The notes: generated by a model not told the origin, from the sequence alone. 64,000 nt of DNA from the human T2T-CHM13v2.0 reference genome, Homo sapiens (GCF_009914755.1 NC_060925.1); one strand, 5' to 3'; positions 13,169-30,270 are shown, counted from the first letter of the stretch. Numbers and translations are program-made.

Positions 13169-13475
13169 CAGTCATGTGTTGCCAAACAATGGGGATACGT
13201 TCTGAAAAATGCATTGTTAGGTGATTTTGCTCTGAAAATATTAAAAAACATACACAAACCTAGTTGGTGTAGCCTATTGTGCCTAGGCTACAAACCTGTA
13301 TAGCATGTTACTGTACTGAACACTGTAGGCAACTATAACACAATAGTAAGTATTTGTGTATCTAAACACATCTAAACATAGAAAAGAAGTAGTAAAAATT
13401 CAGTATTATAATCTTATGAAACCATCCTCACACATGCAGTCTGCCACGGACAGATCATTACGCGGGTCGTGACTG
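13169..13475 (+). mobile_element. Tigger3a (MER7A-like) MITE
   Basis: CAGTCATGTG...GGGGATACGTTCTGAAAAATGC and terminal CGTGACTG followed by TA. Confidence 0.85.
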
Positions 13476-13534
13476 TAACAGGAGAGGGAGGTAGAGGCCT
13501 GGTCATGACGTCTGTATGCTATCCAAAGAAAGGG

Positions 13535-13780
13535 TTATCACGTAGTGATTAAATGCACAGAATCAGAGGACAAACTACCTGGAGTCTATTTCAAGCACCT
13601 CTTATAAAAGATTTGAGAATATGAATAATTCATTCAACTGCTCTGTGACTCAGTTTTCTTATCTATAATTGAGGATAGTAATCCTATCTCATAGGTGTAT
13701 TATTTAGATAAAATAAAAACACATAAAGCATTTTTGAAAGTGTCTGGAACATAAGCACACAATAAACATTAGTCATTAAT
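13535..13780 (+). mobile_element. MIR
   Basis: CTCTGTGACTCAGTTTTCTTATCTATAATTGAGGATAGTAAT MIR core. Confidence 0.7.
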
Positions 13781-15399
13781 TTTATGGCTGGAGTCAACAT
13801 GTTGCCCCTGAGTAATTTTTATGGCAAATCTCTCTTTGATAGCTTTTCAGTAGCTGGATTCAATAGAGGGAAATTCTAAAAACAAGACCAGCTAAAAAAC
13901 TATTCAATTTATGCCAAATGCATACAGTTTGAGGAGGGATAGAGAAGTGGGATCAAATTTGAGAAATATTTGGGAGTAAAAGTTATAGAATTTGAGAATA
14001 AATTGGATGTTGAGAGCAAAATAATGAGAATGACTCCAAGATAACGAACTTAGGCAACTGGTGGTTTTACTAGTGAATTCCCCTTGCTATGCCCTGAATG
14101 TCTGCACTGATAGGTTGTGATAGCAGATGTTGATTTTTTCCCCCTTTTCATTAGCTGACTGTCTGAAGGGGTCAGTAATTTATCCTATGCTGAAGGCAAC
14201 ATCATTGCTTTATCTGCTCCAGGGACATAAATACAGCTGATCTAACGGTTTCTTCAAGCTGCCTTAACCTAGCTTTCGGCTACATCTTGATTTATATCAA
14301 CATACTTAAAGTCTTGTTGATATCACTTGGGGTAGAATGTCAAATAGAATTAGCTTTCTAGTAAGTTTGCTCTCACCTCCTCTCACTTTCAGGTTCATCA
14401 AAGAAAGAGTATGTTTTTGTCATTGCCAAATTACTGATATACAGCATAGAAAGCACATTCCCATTAATTACAATTCTATGTCAGAAATAACTTGGCAATG
14501 GAGCTGGTGAAGGTACCCATTATGGACACACTTATGGCATACCTTGTACCTATCCCCAAAGCCCAGCTACAAAATGCCAAGCATTGTCATTATGAAACAA
14601 AATAGTTAGAGAATAGGGGTAATTCTAACAAGTACTGACACTTGAAGAACTTTTAGTGAATAGAAAATCATGGTAGCATATTTGTGGAGAAAGTGAACCT
14701 TACATTTTGATAAATAAAGAGAAGTCCCTGACTCCACATGAGGCTCTAATCCTTATCCCTCTAGTCCTTATCCCATAATAACTTTCCAGGATATAACAAT
14801 ATATCCTGTTATTTGACCCTAAAGATTCAGACCCAACTACCTGTAGGTTTATATATAAACATGAGGAATATCAGTGAGGCAGAAAGTCAACAATATGTGA
14901 ATCAATATATATTTTAGAAAATCAGTATGTGGCAAGATGAAGGATGCATTTGAGAAATAAAAATTGGAGACAAAGTGATTGGTTGGGAGGTTGTTGCTGG
15001 TAAAAATGAATAAGAGTCTCAACTGGAGTGATGGTGGAGATGAGTTTGGCTATCTTAGGAGATAGTGCATACACAGCTTATTTCTTTGCCATAATCCACA
15101 GGTATCAGTCCACAGCTAAAATATTCAAGGGTCCCTTATAAAAAATAAAACGTAAATCTCATTAACACAGCAGCCTTATCTTGTTACACTAGCTCTCTCA
15201 TCCTCAGAATGATCTCCACCCATTTACTTTTTGCCACACAGAATTAAACATATCATATTTCCCACTAATTCATTTAAAAACTACATTACACAAATATTTA
15301 TGGAGCACCTACTATGTGCCATGCCCATTCCTCCTATGTTTTCTACTCTAGTGATAAAACAATACAACCTGAATTAGAAAACTGAAAATTACTTAGACA

Positions 15400-16592
15400 T
15401 GTAATCAATAAATTTGTTGAACAACTACCATGTTCCAGACGGTGTTCTATGTGCTAGGGATATAGTAATAAACACAACAGTGTATCCATCTGCAGGGGGC
15501 TTACAGTCTAGATAGGAGGACTACAGTCAATAAACAAAATGACATATTTGCTATGCCAGTTGGTTCTAAATAACATTGAGGACACCAACACGGTAGACGA
15601 GGGGAATTAAGAGTGTTAGCTTGGAAGAATGAGATTTTAAATAAGGTGATCAGGGAAGAACCACCACCCAGGTGTATTTGTGCAGAGCCATGTAGAAGAT
15701 GAAGAAGCAAGCCATGTGGAGCTACAAAGGAAGAGCATTCCAGACAGAAGAAATTGGAAATGCAAAGCCCTGCAGTAGGAGCATGTCTGTGTGTTCAGGG
15801 AACAGCAAAGAAATCCAGTGCAATTGGAGCAGAGAGAACCTGGGGGAGCAAGTAGAAGATGAGATAACAGAGAAAACAGGGCCAGAGTTTATGGACCATT
15901 GCAAAGATTTTAAATTTTACTAAGAATAAAATTTTTGAATGGAAGAATAATACAATATGTGCTATATTTTTTACTAGACTACTAAAAATCACACAGATGA
16001 AAGTAAGGAAGCTATTGCAATAATCCTGACAGGAGGCGATATTATTGTGGACTAAGTGGAAAGGATGAGCTGGATTCTGAAAATATTTTGTTTACTTGAT
16101 TGATTGACACATAGTATATGTAGATGTTGGAGAAAGAGAGAACTCAAAGAGAATTCAAAAGTCAAGTTGCCATTTACTAAGATAGAGAAGACGTTGAATG
16201 AGCAGATTTCAAAGAAAAGACCAAAAATTGGATTTTAAACTGTAAAGCCTGGGATGTGCATTAAAAATCTAAGTGGTCGAGACCATCCTGGCCAACATGG
16301 TGAAACTCCATCTCTACTAAAATACAAAAAATTAGCCGGGCATGGTGGGGTACATCTGTAGTCCCAGCTACTCAGAAGGCTGAGGCAGGGGAATCACTTG
16401 ATCTCCCGCCTCTGCTGGGAGGCGGAGATTGCAGTGAGCTGATATCGTGCCACTGCACTCCAGCCGGGCGACAGAGTGAGACCCCGTCTAAATATATATA
16501 TATATATGAAGATATTTAGCAAACAGTTGGATATAGTCATGCGGTAAGGAGAATAACATAAGCTGCAGACATAAATTTAGGAGATGGCATTT
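15400..16592 (-). mobile_element. L2a 3' region, interrupted by an Alu and followed by MER3/MER52A
   Basis: AATAAATTTGTTGAACAACTACCATGTTCCAG...AGGAAGAGCATTCCAGACAG...CAGTTGGATAT reverse L2 motifs. Confidence 0.75.
16277..16508 (+). mobile_element. 5'-truncated Alu (AluSc-like) with (TA)n tail
   Basis: Starts at TCGAGACCATCCTGGCCAACATGG; right arm intact apart from an inverted micro-insertion. Confidence 0.9.
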
Positions 16593-16593
16593 T

Positions 16594-18615
16594 TACTGCC
16601 CAATATAGTAGTGATGGAAGCCGTGGGCCCTCTAGAGTGTCTGCTGCCAACACACCGGCTGCAGGAGGGAGGCACAGGCAGGGCTGCCTGCTCCATGAAG
16701 CCAGTGGGAGCCAGGGACAAGTGGAAGCCCGACCCCTTCCAAGTTGGGCGGGCGCTCCCTTGGTGCCACTGCAGCCACCCAAGTTAAGACTGCAGACCCG
16801 GGCTCCCAGCTCTTGGGGCTGGGAGTAAGTGGAGGCCCTGCCCTCCTGGGTGCATCTTCAGCCACCCAAACTGCAGCTGCAGTCCTGGACCTCTCATCCC
16901 ACAGAGCAGGCAGCAGCCCTGCCCTCCTGAGCACAGCTGCAGCCATGCAAACTGCAGCTGCAGGCCCAGGCATCTCTGCACTCTTGGGGTCCTGGGAAGG
17001 CCCCACCTGACCTTGCAGGCTCAAAAGTGTTTGCTCTTGCTGCCTGAATTCTCCCTGCTGTTGGCACCCACTCTAATCTAGGAACAAAGTCGGAGTCAAG
17101 CCCAGGAGCTGTCACAGCCCGGCAGGGTGTGCACATGCTCAGGGAAGTGTTAACACGCCAGCCCCTTGCTGCCTTGGCCCCCTCCCGACTTTGGGCACCA
17201 AGGAGCATAGGAGGAAACCTGAATTGGGGCTGAGGACACCTTGGCACTGGCCTGTAGGCAACCCTTGGCACCTACACCTTGGGTGCCATGAACAGCAGCA
17301 GGAGCCAGACAGGTTACTGGGTGGAAGGGGATGGTCCCTGGCAAGGGTTCACCTTCAGGCCAGGGAGGGCCTGAAGGCCGGGGGCTGGGCTGCCAGTCTC
17401 ACCGACCAGAGTGGGAACTTGTGGTACGTTTTCTGGGCCCACCCATGACCACCCACGGACCAACTGTCATGCACTTGCTCCCCTCTGAGGCCCATTAAAG
17501 ATCAGGGCTCAGCCAGAGTGGAGCAAACGTTGGAACAACCAGCTGCAGAAGGAGCTACCCACTCTGGGGCCTCTTCTCTTCTGAGAGCTGCGCACCCAAT
17601 GGGATGACTGGCTGGAGCAAAGAACTACCCTCTCTCCTGATAGCTGAACACTTGTCAGGACAACTTGCCTAGCAGAGAGAAGCTAACCTCTGTGCTAGGA
17701 ACTGAACACTCATCAGGACACACTGCCTGTGGAAAGGAGCAGCCTCCTGCGAGTTTCCTCTGAGTTATTCTGTCACTCAATAAAGCTCCTCTTCGTATTG
17801 CTCAGCCTTCACTTGTCTATGTACCTCATTCTTCCTGGTCGCAGGACAAGAACTTGGGACCCACAGAATGGCAAGGCTGAAAGAGCTGTAACACAAAGAG
17901 GACTGAGACATTCCCCTTGCTTGCCCCATTGTCGGCAAAGAGAAGGAAAGAAGAGCTGTGGCTCCTCAGGGAACCCAGACCTGGGAGCTCCCTAAGCCAG
18001 AGCTGTGACTCCCTTTTTGGGACCCTGTGGTTCCTAGCGTCTCCCAACTTCCAGCCACCAACATGTTTCCCAGTGCCAGCCATGGAAGCTGCTTGCAGTG
18101 CACCTGGTCTGGCTGCAGCCTGGCAGAGATTTAGCACCCATGACAGCACCTGGAGCTGCCGGCCCCACTGCAGCAGCCGGCACATCTGACTGCGCAACAG
18201 CCAAACCCTATGCTTACTCACAAACCGCTCACCATCCTATGCCTGACTCACCGTTGGCAGGCATGGGATCCAGGCCGGTAGTGTGTGCTGAGCACAGTCT
18301 GCCAAGCTGAGTGGGTGAAACAAGCACAGCAGGCCTAAGCAAAACTTGAGCAACAGCACCACCAGCCACAGAAGTTTCCAGCCAGAAAAATGACACCCCA
18401 AAGATCCTGTAACAGTAGACACTAGACATATGTGGCTATTTAAATTTAGATTAATTTTAAAATAAAATAAAAATTCAACGAGTATTTTTAGCCACATTTC
18501 AGGTGCTCAATGTGGCTACTGGCATATATGCCTAGTAATGTCATATTAACCCAGCAGTGTCATATTAAACAACACAATTTCCATGATCTCAAAAAGTTCT
18601 ACTGGACAATGCTAG
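16594..18615 (+). mobile_element. MER3 hAT MITE split by MER52A (16594-16611 and 18415-18615)
   Basis: ACTGCCCAATATAGTAG | ACACTAGACATATGTGGCTATTTAAATT...AAAGTTCTACTGGACAATGCTAG rejoins as MER3. Confidence 0.75.
16612..18414 (+). mobile_element. MER52A-type ERV1 solo LTR (1.8 kb, GC-rich)
   Basis: TG...CA termini (TGATGGAAG...GATCCTGTAACA); perfect 4-bp TSD GTAG (16608-16611, 18415-18418); AATAAA at 17779-17784. Confidence 0.88.
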
Positions 18616-18699
18616 ATTGATAGTGTTAAAGACACAAGATATGAGATGAATCACCAACTCAGTGACTCTGTTTCTAGGCTTGGAGAGAGAAAGAGATGG

Positions 18700-19165
18700 G
18701 AATGAAGGATTTCTTTTTATTACCACCTCACATATAATCTGCTGCAAAAGTCTTCTGATTTGGCTTTCGACAATGTCTCCTTCTCCTCCTCTCCCTTCAC
18801 TTTGTGCTTGGCCTTCCTTGCCTCTTGCGTAGATGATTACAGTAGCCTCCTAACTGATATTTCTAACTCAGACCTCTGTTTCTGTTTGTTCTTGCTATTT
18901 CAAAAACCCACTTTACTTTCTGATATATCCTAACCCTTCTTATCTTTCAATGCCCAGCTTAAATGTCATTTACTCTGAAGCTTATGTACTCTCACCCCAG
19001 ACTATGTCACCCTTTCTCCACATAGAAGATCTTAGCACTATTTGCATGTCTCTAAGATAGTACTTTTCACAGTATACAGTAATGATCATGACTCTTTGGC
19101 TCTTTTGAGTAAGTTTTATGTGCCTAACACATAGTAAACATTGAATAAATGCTTGTTGAGCACCT
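18700..19165 (+). mobile_element. L2 fragments
   Basis: CAGTAGCCTCCTAACTG...CCCAGCTTAAATGTCA...TGCCTAACACATAGTAAACATTGAATAAATGCTTGTTGA. Confidence 0.6.
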
Positions 19166-19618
19166 CTCTTAATTATCATATTGATTTACTAAGAGCTCCT
19201 GAAGTGAATACTGTTATATAAATCATTTGATTACAAATAAGAAAACTGTGATTAGAAATACATTTGAATATAAGTGATTTTAAAAATTATTTAAATCTGG
19301 AATGAGCTTTGAAATTAATCTAATTTTACAGATGAATAAACTAATACTAAGAGAGTTCAATTAGTTTTTGAGCCAGAAGGATTTCAAATATCCTGGCCAT
19401 TACCCAAGTGCTTGGCTTCTCCCAGGAGTTCCACATCTAGCTTCTCACGCTATCCCCTCAACAGTGCTATGCTTGAATGGACATTTGGCATGACAAAGGT
19501 AAACATATATATCCCCCCAGCTACATATTAACAGTGGCACATTGATTACAAAGTAAAGATTTATGCCTCAGTAGAAACAAAGCTGATGCAATATTTAATT
19601 TAGAAATAATATGAATCG

Positions 19619-19905
19619 GGCTGGGCACAGTGGCTCACACCTGTAATCTCAGGACTTTGAGAGGCTGAGGTGGGTGGATCACCTGAGGTCAGGAGCTTGA
19701 GACCAGCCTGGCCAAGATGGCAAAACCCCATCTCTACTAAAAATACGAAAATTAGCTGGGCATGGTGGCGGGTGCCCATAATCCCAGCTGGGGCAGAAGA
19801 ATCACTTGAACTTGGGAGGCAGAGGTTGCAGTGAGCAGAGATTGTTGTACTCCAGCCTGGGTGACAAGAGCGAAATTCTGTCTGAAAAAAGAAAGAAAGA
19901 AAGAA
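19619..19905 (+). mobile_element. AluSq/Sp-like with small internal deletions
   Basis: CACCTGAGGTCAGG and GACAAGAGCGAAATT diagnostics; degenerate TSD AAATAAT(AT)GAATC. Confidence 0.93.
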
Positions 19906-20451
19906 AACTAAATAATGAATCACAAACTCAATCCCTTTCTCCTCATAGGTGTGTAAAAACATCCTGTGCTTATTGAATAAAAAAAAATGGAATGATCTGG
20001 TTTCTTGCAGTAAATTGTTTCAGTGCGTAAGCAATGCTTAGAGAGAGTTGGAAATACTTTCGTCTCCAGAATGTGCAGCAAAACGAATGACTGCCACAAA
20101 GAGAGCTGAGCTTCTCAATACTCATTTTCTCACAGACAAATTAATTGTATTAGGGTTCAATTTTCTTTCTTGTTTTTTTCTCAAAGGTGCCATAATATTT
20201 GCACCGTTAGGAACACCTATGCACTGGTGTTCTTTTATTATTATTGTTATTATACTTTAAGTTCTGGGATATGTGTGCAGAACGTGCAGGTTCGTTACAT
20301 AGGTATACACGTGCCATGGTGGTTTTCTGCATGCATCAACCCAACATATACATTAGGGATTTCTCCTAATGCTATCCATCTCCTAGCCCCCAATTCGCGA
20401 CAGGCCCCAGTGTGTGATATTCCCCTCCCTGTGTCCATGTGTTCTCATTGT

Positions 20452-24267
<3,816 letters not shown>

Positions 24268-24330
24268 TATGATGCTAGCTGGTTATTTTGCCCATTAGTT
24301 GATGCAGTCTCTTCATAGTGTTGATGGTCA

Positions 24331-25329
24331 TTACAATTTGGTATGTTTTTGCAGTGGCTGGTACCAGTATTTCCTTTCCATATTTAGTGCTTCTTTTAGG
24401 AACTCTTGTAAGGCAGGCCTGGTGGTGACAAAATCTCTCAGAATTTGCTTGTCTATAAAGGATTTTATTTCTCCTTCACTTATGAAGCCTAGTTTGGCTG
24501 GATATGAAATTCTGGGTTGAAAATTATTCTCTTTAATACTGGCCCCAACTCTCTTCTGGCTTGTAGGGTTTCTGCAGAGAAATCTGCTGTTAGTCTAATG
24601 GGCTTCCCTTTGTGGGTAACTCAACCTTTCTCCCTGGCTGCCCTTAACACTTTTTCCTTCATTTCAACTTTGGTGAATCTGACAATTGTGTGTCTTGGGA
24701 TTGTTCTTCTCGAGGAGTCTCTTTGTGGTGGTCTCTGTATTTCCTGAATTTGAATGTTGACCTGTCTTGCTAGATTGGGGAAGTTCTTCTAGATAATATC
24801 CTGAAGAGTGTTTTCTAACTTGGTTCCATTCTCCCCGTCACTTTCAGGAACACCAATCAAATGTAGGTTTGGTCTTTTCACATAGTCCCATATTTCTTGG
24901 AGGCTTTGTTTGTTCCTTTTCATTCTTTTTTCTCTAATCTTGTCTTCACACTTTACTTCATCTGATCTCCTTTCTTTCACTTGGTCAATTCAGCTATTGA
25001 TACTTGTGTATGCTTCACGAAGTTCTTGTGCTGTGTTTTTCAACTCCATCAGGTCTTTATGTTCTTTTCTATTACTGGTTATTCTAGTTAGCAATTCCTC
25101 TAACCTTTTTTCAAGGTTCTGAGCTTCCTTGCATTGGGTTAGAACATGCTCCTTTAGCTTGGGGGAGTTTGTTATTACCTACCTTCTGAAGCCTACTTCT
25201 GTCAATTTGTCAAACTCATTCTCCATCCAGTTTTGTTCCCTTGCTGGTGAGGAGTTATGATCCCATGGAGGAGAAGAGGCATCCTAGTTTTTTAAATTTT
25301 CAGGCTTTTTGCACTGATTTTTTCCTCAT
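24331..25329 (-). pseudogene. Disrupted L1 ORF1
   Basis: ATG at 25329; fragment SLQEIWDYVKRPNLHLIGVPESDGENGTKLENTLQDII. Confidence 0.9.
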
Positions 25330-27999
25330 CTTTCTGGATTTATCTACCTTTGGTCTTTGATGTTGGTGACCTTTGGATGGGGTTTTTGTGTGGACACACT
25401 TTTTCTTGATATTGATGCTATTCCTTTCTGTTTGTTAGTTTTCCTTCTGACAGTCAGACCCCTCTGCTGGAGTTTGCTGGAGGTCCATTCCAGACCCTGT
25501 TTGCCTAGGTATCACCAGTGAAAGCTGCAGAACAGCAATGATTGCTGCCTTGTCCTTCCACTGAAAGCTTCGTCCCATAGGGGCACCGGCCAGATGCCCA
25601 CCAGAGCTCTCCTGTATGAGGTGTCTGTCAATCCCTGCTGGGAGTTGTCTCCCAGTCAGGAGGCACGGGGGGCAGGGATCCACTCGATGAGGCAGTCTGT
25701 ACCTTAGAGCTCCAACTCTGTGCTGGGAGATCGGCTGCTCTCTTCAGAGCCATAAGGCAGGAACGTTTAAGTCTGCTGAAGCTGCGCCCCCAGCTGCCCT
25801 TCCCCCAAGTGCTCTGTCCCAGGGAGATGGGAGTTTTATCTAAAAACCCCTGACTGGGGCTGCTGCCTTTCTTTCAGAGATGCCCTGCCCAGACAGGAGG
25901 AATCTAGAGAAGACTAGCCTTGAATTTTCTAAGAAAAAAGATATCTATAGACATAAACAATCTCTACTATTTAATAATGCACATTCACCCACATACTTAC
26001 ACACACATGCACACATAGAGTAGATAATGTGCAAAACATTTATAGTAATTTCCCTCTAAGAAACTTTCAGAGATATATGTGGTCATACTGAAAGCATTAA
26101 GAGATTTAGTAATGAGTATTTACCATGAGTGAGACTGAGATATTACTACGTTCCAATTAAAAACAACTGAACATACAGCAGAATACTCAAAACTGCCATT
26201 TATCCAAAGGCTTAATTTCAAAATATACATCTGTTGTTTTTCTGAAAAGCAAGGCTGGGGAGACATATCTATAAGAAATATTCTCTAAAAACATTAAGTA
26301 AATGACACTTGGCCGTAGTTCTAAATTGAAATTATTAAGACTATTTCTGGTTGCCAAAGAAACCTAATTATAGTATGCTTCATGATACTTTTTCCTTTTG
26401 GCTTTTTGATCTAAGATTTTAGTCTCAAAAAAACTTTTTAATATATTTTTCTCTTATGAAAAATGTTATTTGAAACTCATTTTCTGTTTTTTTTTCACAT
26501 ATGTATAATGAGGATGAATAAGAAATTTATGTGAGAAATTCCCAAGATCTTGTTTCCTCCGGGGTTTGGTAGTATAAAGGGAAAAAGAGTCTGTACATGA
26601 CAGGTTTTATGGCTAGGATTATACATCAGTATTTAGTCTTTAAATCTAGTACTACAAATACTGCATATTTGGTTATCTTTGATTGACGGATCACAAACTG
26701 TACCACAGTTCAACTAATGCGTTTACAATGAATTTAAACTAGACAAAGAAGCAGAGGAGTGGACAGACCTTTCCACTGCCTCTTTGTATTACTCTGAAAT
26801 GTTTTCTCGAGTTCAGAGCTCTCAGAAGTCTATGTGTAGAGAGAGGTTCCCTGGGTCAGAGGCTCATGGTATGGTGGGCTCCCTGACTTTTATATTCAGA
26901 GCCACATCAGTTCATAGCAGTAGCTTATGTTCTTCTACTCAGTTAATCACATCACAGCGTCTGCTTTGCAAGGTCCAGTCCTTGCAATTCTTCCTGTACA
27001 GGCACCGAGACAATGTCCTCTTCTTTATGTGTGCCTGACTTGCAGATCATACATATATTTACTTATTTCCAAATAGGAGCTTTAGTGATCAGGCCAACAA
27101 TAGACAACCATACCACCCAAGGGACAAAGTTGTTCTTGTATCCTTTCAGAAAAATAAATAAGAGCAGTAGGATAGGCAGTGGTTATAGGCACTTCATTGT
27201 CGCTGCTCTTCGTCTATGAAGAGATAACACTGAGTGAAAAAGAAAAAGAATCCAGTCTCAATGCCCTCAATGTGAATTATAATTAAGAAACTGTCTGAAG
27301 TTATTTGTTTTTAAATTTAAGCCAGGCTTGGAGACTGGGTTAAATAAACCAATTAGTGCCAAATATTATGGTTTTATTTAAAACCAAATGTATTTTCCAG
27401 TAAGCCAATATTTGTAACATGTTTTATGTTAGTCAGTTGAAAGTAAACTTCAAAAGAAAGGAGGCAAGTTAATATTTTTGGCAAGCAATTTTGAAGTCGC
27501 CCACCATGAAGCACTTAAAAATTTGTAAGATGCTATTATCAATTTTTAAGGGATATTTTGAATTTAAACATTAAATATTCTTATTCCAGTGGTCATATTG
27601 TAAAGAATATGACAATCACTTCAACATATTTTTTCTTTGTCAAAAGAAAATAATTACATGTAAATATCTTAATATCCTTTGCCTAGGTTAATAATTTTCT
27701 GAGTAGCTAGGTACTCAATTTATCAGGAAAGAATATTATCATCTTTAAATAACAGATGATCTACCTCAAATTCCCTACAATTGATAGATCAACCCAGCCA
27801 TATAACTAAACATATACACAAGGTACTACAGTTCCCCAATACAGCCAGCCTTCCCCAACTTATGAAGATTGTTTTCTTTATTGTTACCCAAATATAGTCT
27901 GGTCCCTCAGACTCTAAATTTCTTTTTCATGTTATTTCTTCTCTAATATTAATATTATTCTTAAAAACATCAGCATAATTAGTGATATAAGAGATGTGA

Positions 28000-29300
28000 A
28001 AACAGGGTGTGATGGGGACACATAGGTGACAATCTTAGCTCTGGCTCAATCTGGGAGCCTTTTAAGAACCATTGATGAAAAGCGTATTTAGGCAGAGAAG
28101 AGAAGATGGGCACTCTAGAAAGACGGAGAATTATGCTTTAAAAATAATTGATATTTTATATGAGAGAGTATAAGAAATGTAGGCCAGGTTTAGTTTCCGA
28201 AGGGTCTTGTGTAACTTACCAAGCCTGGGCTATATCTAGAATATTGGAATGAATCAAAGAAGGATTTAAACAGAGAAAAAAATGAGCACGATTATGTTTT
28301 TGAAAGAACACAATGAAAGTGCTGTAAAGAATAGATTTAATCAAGTTAAATCTGGAAGCTGTGTGGAGAATAAATTTAATCAAATTGGTCTAAAGACTAG
28401 GTTAGCAGTAACTAAAATGCATTTCTTCTCCCAGGGAGAAATAACAAGTGATTAGATTTAGGGCAATGGTATTGAGAATACAGACAGAGTGGGTCCTAGA
28501 AAGGTCAACTAGATTGGTGACCAACAAGATGGGGAAGATGATGGACAGTAAGAAATTTAGAATGTCACAATTCATGGAGTCATTGACATAAAAAGTGGAA
28601 GGTTGTTGGAGGGGGGAATGATGAGTTTGAGTAAATTATATATTATGAAATAACAATAAAATTTGTAAATAGGCAGCAACTAGTAGACACTGTGCTAACC
28701 CACTTTTATTTTTATCTCATTTTCACCTTACCAAAAAACCTTTGTGAGGTAAATTATTATTAGTAGTATTACTATCCCATGCTACAAATAAGGAAATTTA
28801 AAGAAACCCAGTAACCTTTCCAAGATTACTCAGATAGTTAAATTATATGCCCAGTAGACTGTTGGGTATACATGGTGAAAGCTCAGAAGAGAGCCTTCCT
28901 GTGAACATTTAAGTGTAGAATCTGCTGGCTTTGTAGTTGAAGTCATGAAAGTAGATACATTTACTCATTTATAATGCATAGAATTAGAAAAGAAGACCAA
29001 AGGCAAAACTCTAGGGAAGACCAATTTTCTAGAAGTACGATGAAAAGCGAACATACAGAAAAAGGTGAAAGGGCGAGGTAGAAAACATCAAGAAGGATGA
29101 AATGCTTTAAAGTTTAAAATCTCCATATTGGTCAGGTAGTAGAGCATGAAGTATGTCATCTGGATATAGCATTTAGTAGGTTAGGAGTGGCTTGAAGTAG
29201 AGAACGAGCAGTGAATTTTTCAGGGCTGAAATCAGACAGCAGTGTGTGGAGGCATGACTAGGAAGAAAAATTGACCAAGTGATATGAAGTATAATGATAG
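28000..29300 (-). mobile_element. Degraded L2 with an inserted MIR (about 28665-28845)
   Basis: Purine-rich reverse L2 motifs (GATTTAAACAG, ATGAGTTTG, GCTCAGAAGAGAG); MIR core CCCATGCTACAAATAAGGAAA. Confidence 0.5.
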
Positions 29301-29914
29301 ATAAAAGGAGACAATTGTTTGAACAATGTTCCCTAGAAGATGGGATTTTCAGCAAGAGTGAACTGATCAAGCCTTAACAGAAGTAAGAACTTCTCTTTCA
29401 CTAAATGTAATGAAGATTCTTCTCTGTCAAAACCCACATCCACCATTCAGGTTTTCTAAACAAGATGGTGGTGGGGAGAGAATATAGAACTGAAGTTGTT
29501 TATTATTAACACTATTTTAAATATTTTCAAGAATTTGACATTTCTCTTCCTGGCAATTGTCTCTAGCTAATGACTGAAGTTTGAGATAGATTCTTTCCTT
29601 TTTGTTTATCATGGATTTTCATCTTTATATCACTTTTACTTCAGTATAGTTATAGAAGATATAATACATTCAGTTCTGTAGTGAAAATGTGTTTTGCTGT
29701 TGTTGTTTTTCTAAAACACATTCTTCTGTTAGAGACTTAATAGCAACTGTAGGTAAAGGACAAATTACCTCAGACAAAGATGGAATGGATATTAGAAAGT
29801 TTTTTTCACTTTCTATTTTCTGTTGCCTCACAATTCTAGATGACGTTTATTTCCACTACTCATCACTGTCTCTCCATTGCTTCCAAACTACATTTCTAAT
29901 CCTCAGTTTTCTTA

Positions 29915-30270
29915 TTCTATTTGGGTTGCCATAACGAAATATCATAAACATATGTGACTTAACAGAAATGTATTTTCTTATAGTTCTGGAGACTAAAGTC
30001 AGAGATCAGGGTATACCAGCGTGGTCAGGTGATGGTGAAGTTTCTCTTCTCGGCTTACAGAGGGCTGCCTTCACTCCATGTCCTCACACAGTGGGGAGAA
30101 AGAGAGATCTTTTTATCTGATTATAAGCACACCAGTTTTATTGGATTAGGCCCCACCCTTATTACCTTATATAATAACCTTAATTACCTATCTCTGAACA
30201 CAGTTGCGTGGGGGGTTAGAGCTTCTACATTATGAATCAGAGGGGGAGGAGACATAGTTCAGTAAATAGC
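29915..30270 (-). mobile_element. MaLR solo LTR (MLT1A0-like)
   Basis: TTTGGGTTGCCATAACGAAATATCATA...AGAAATGTATTTTCTTATAGTTCTGGAG...GGATTAGGCCCCACCCTTAT. Confidence 0.75.

Noticed and set aside
14294-14323. 9-bp inverted repeat ATATCAACA/TGTTGATAT
   Set aside because: Several such short hairpins are expected by chance in 64 kb of AT-rich DNA.
16537-18497. Dense overlapping ORFs of 60-131 aa on both strands
   Set aside because: All lie in the GC-rich MER52A LTR, where stop codons are scarce; no recognisable domain.
25330-25912. L1 ORF0 or antisense-promoter transcript
   Set aside because: The element is truncated before the 5'UTR segment that encodes ORF0.
26743-26787. Imperfect hairpin ACAAAGAAGCAG...CTGCCTCTTTGT as a possible pre-miRNA
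   Set aside because: Stem too short and bulged for a Drosha substrate.
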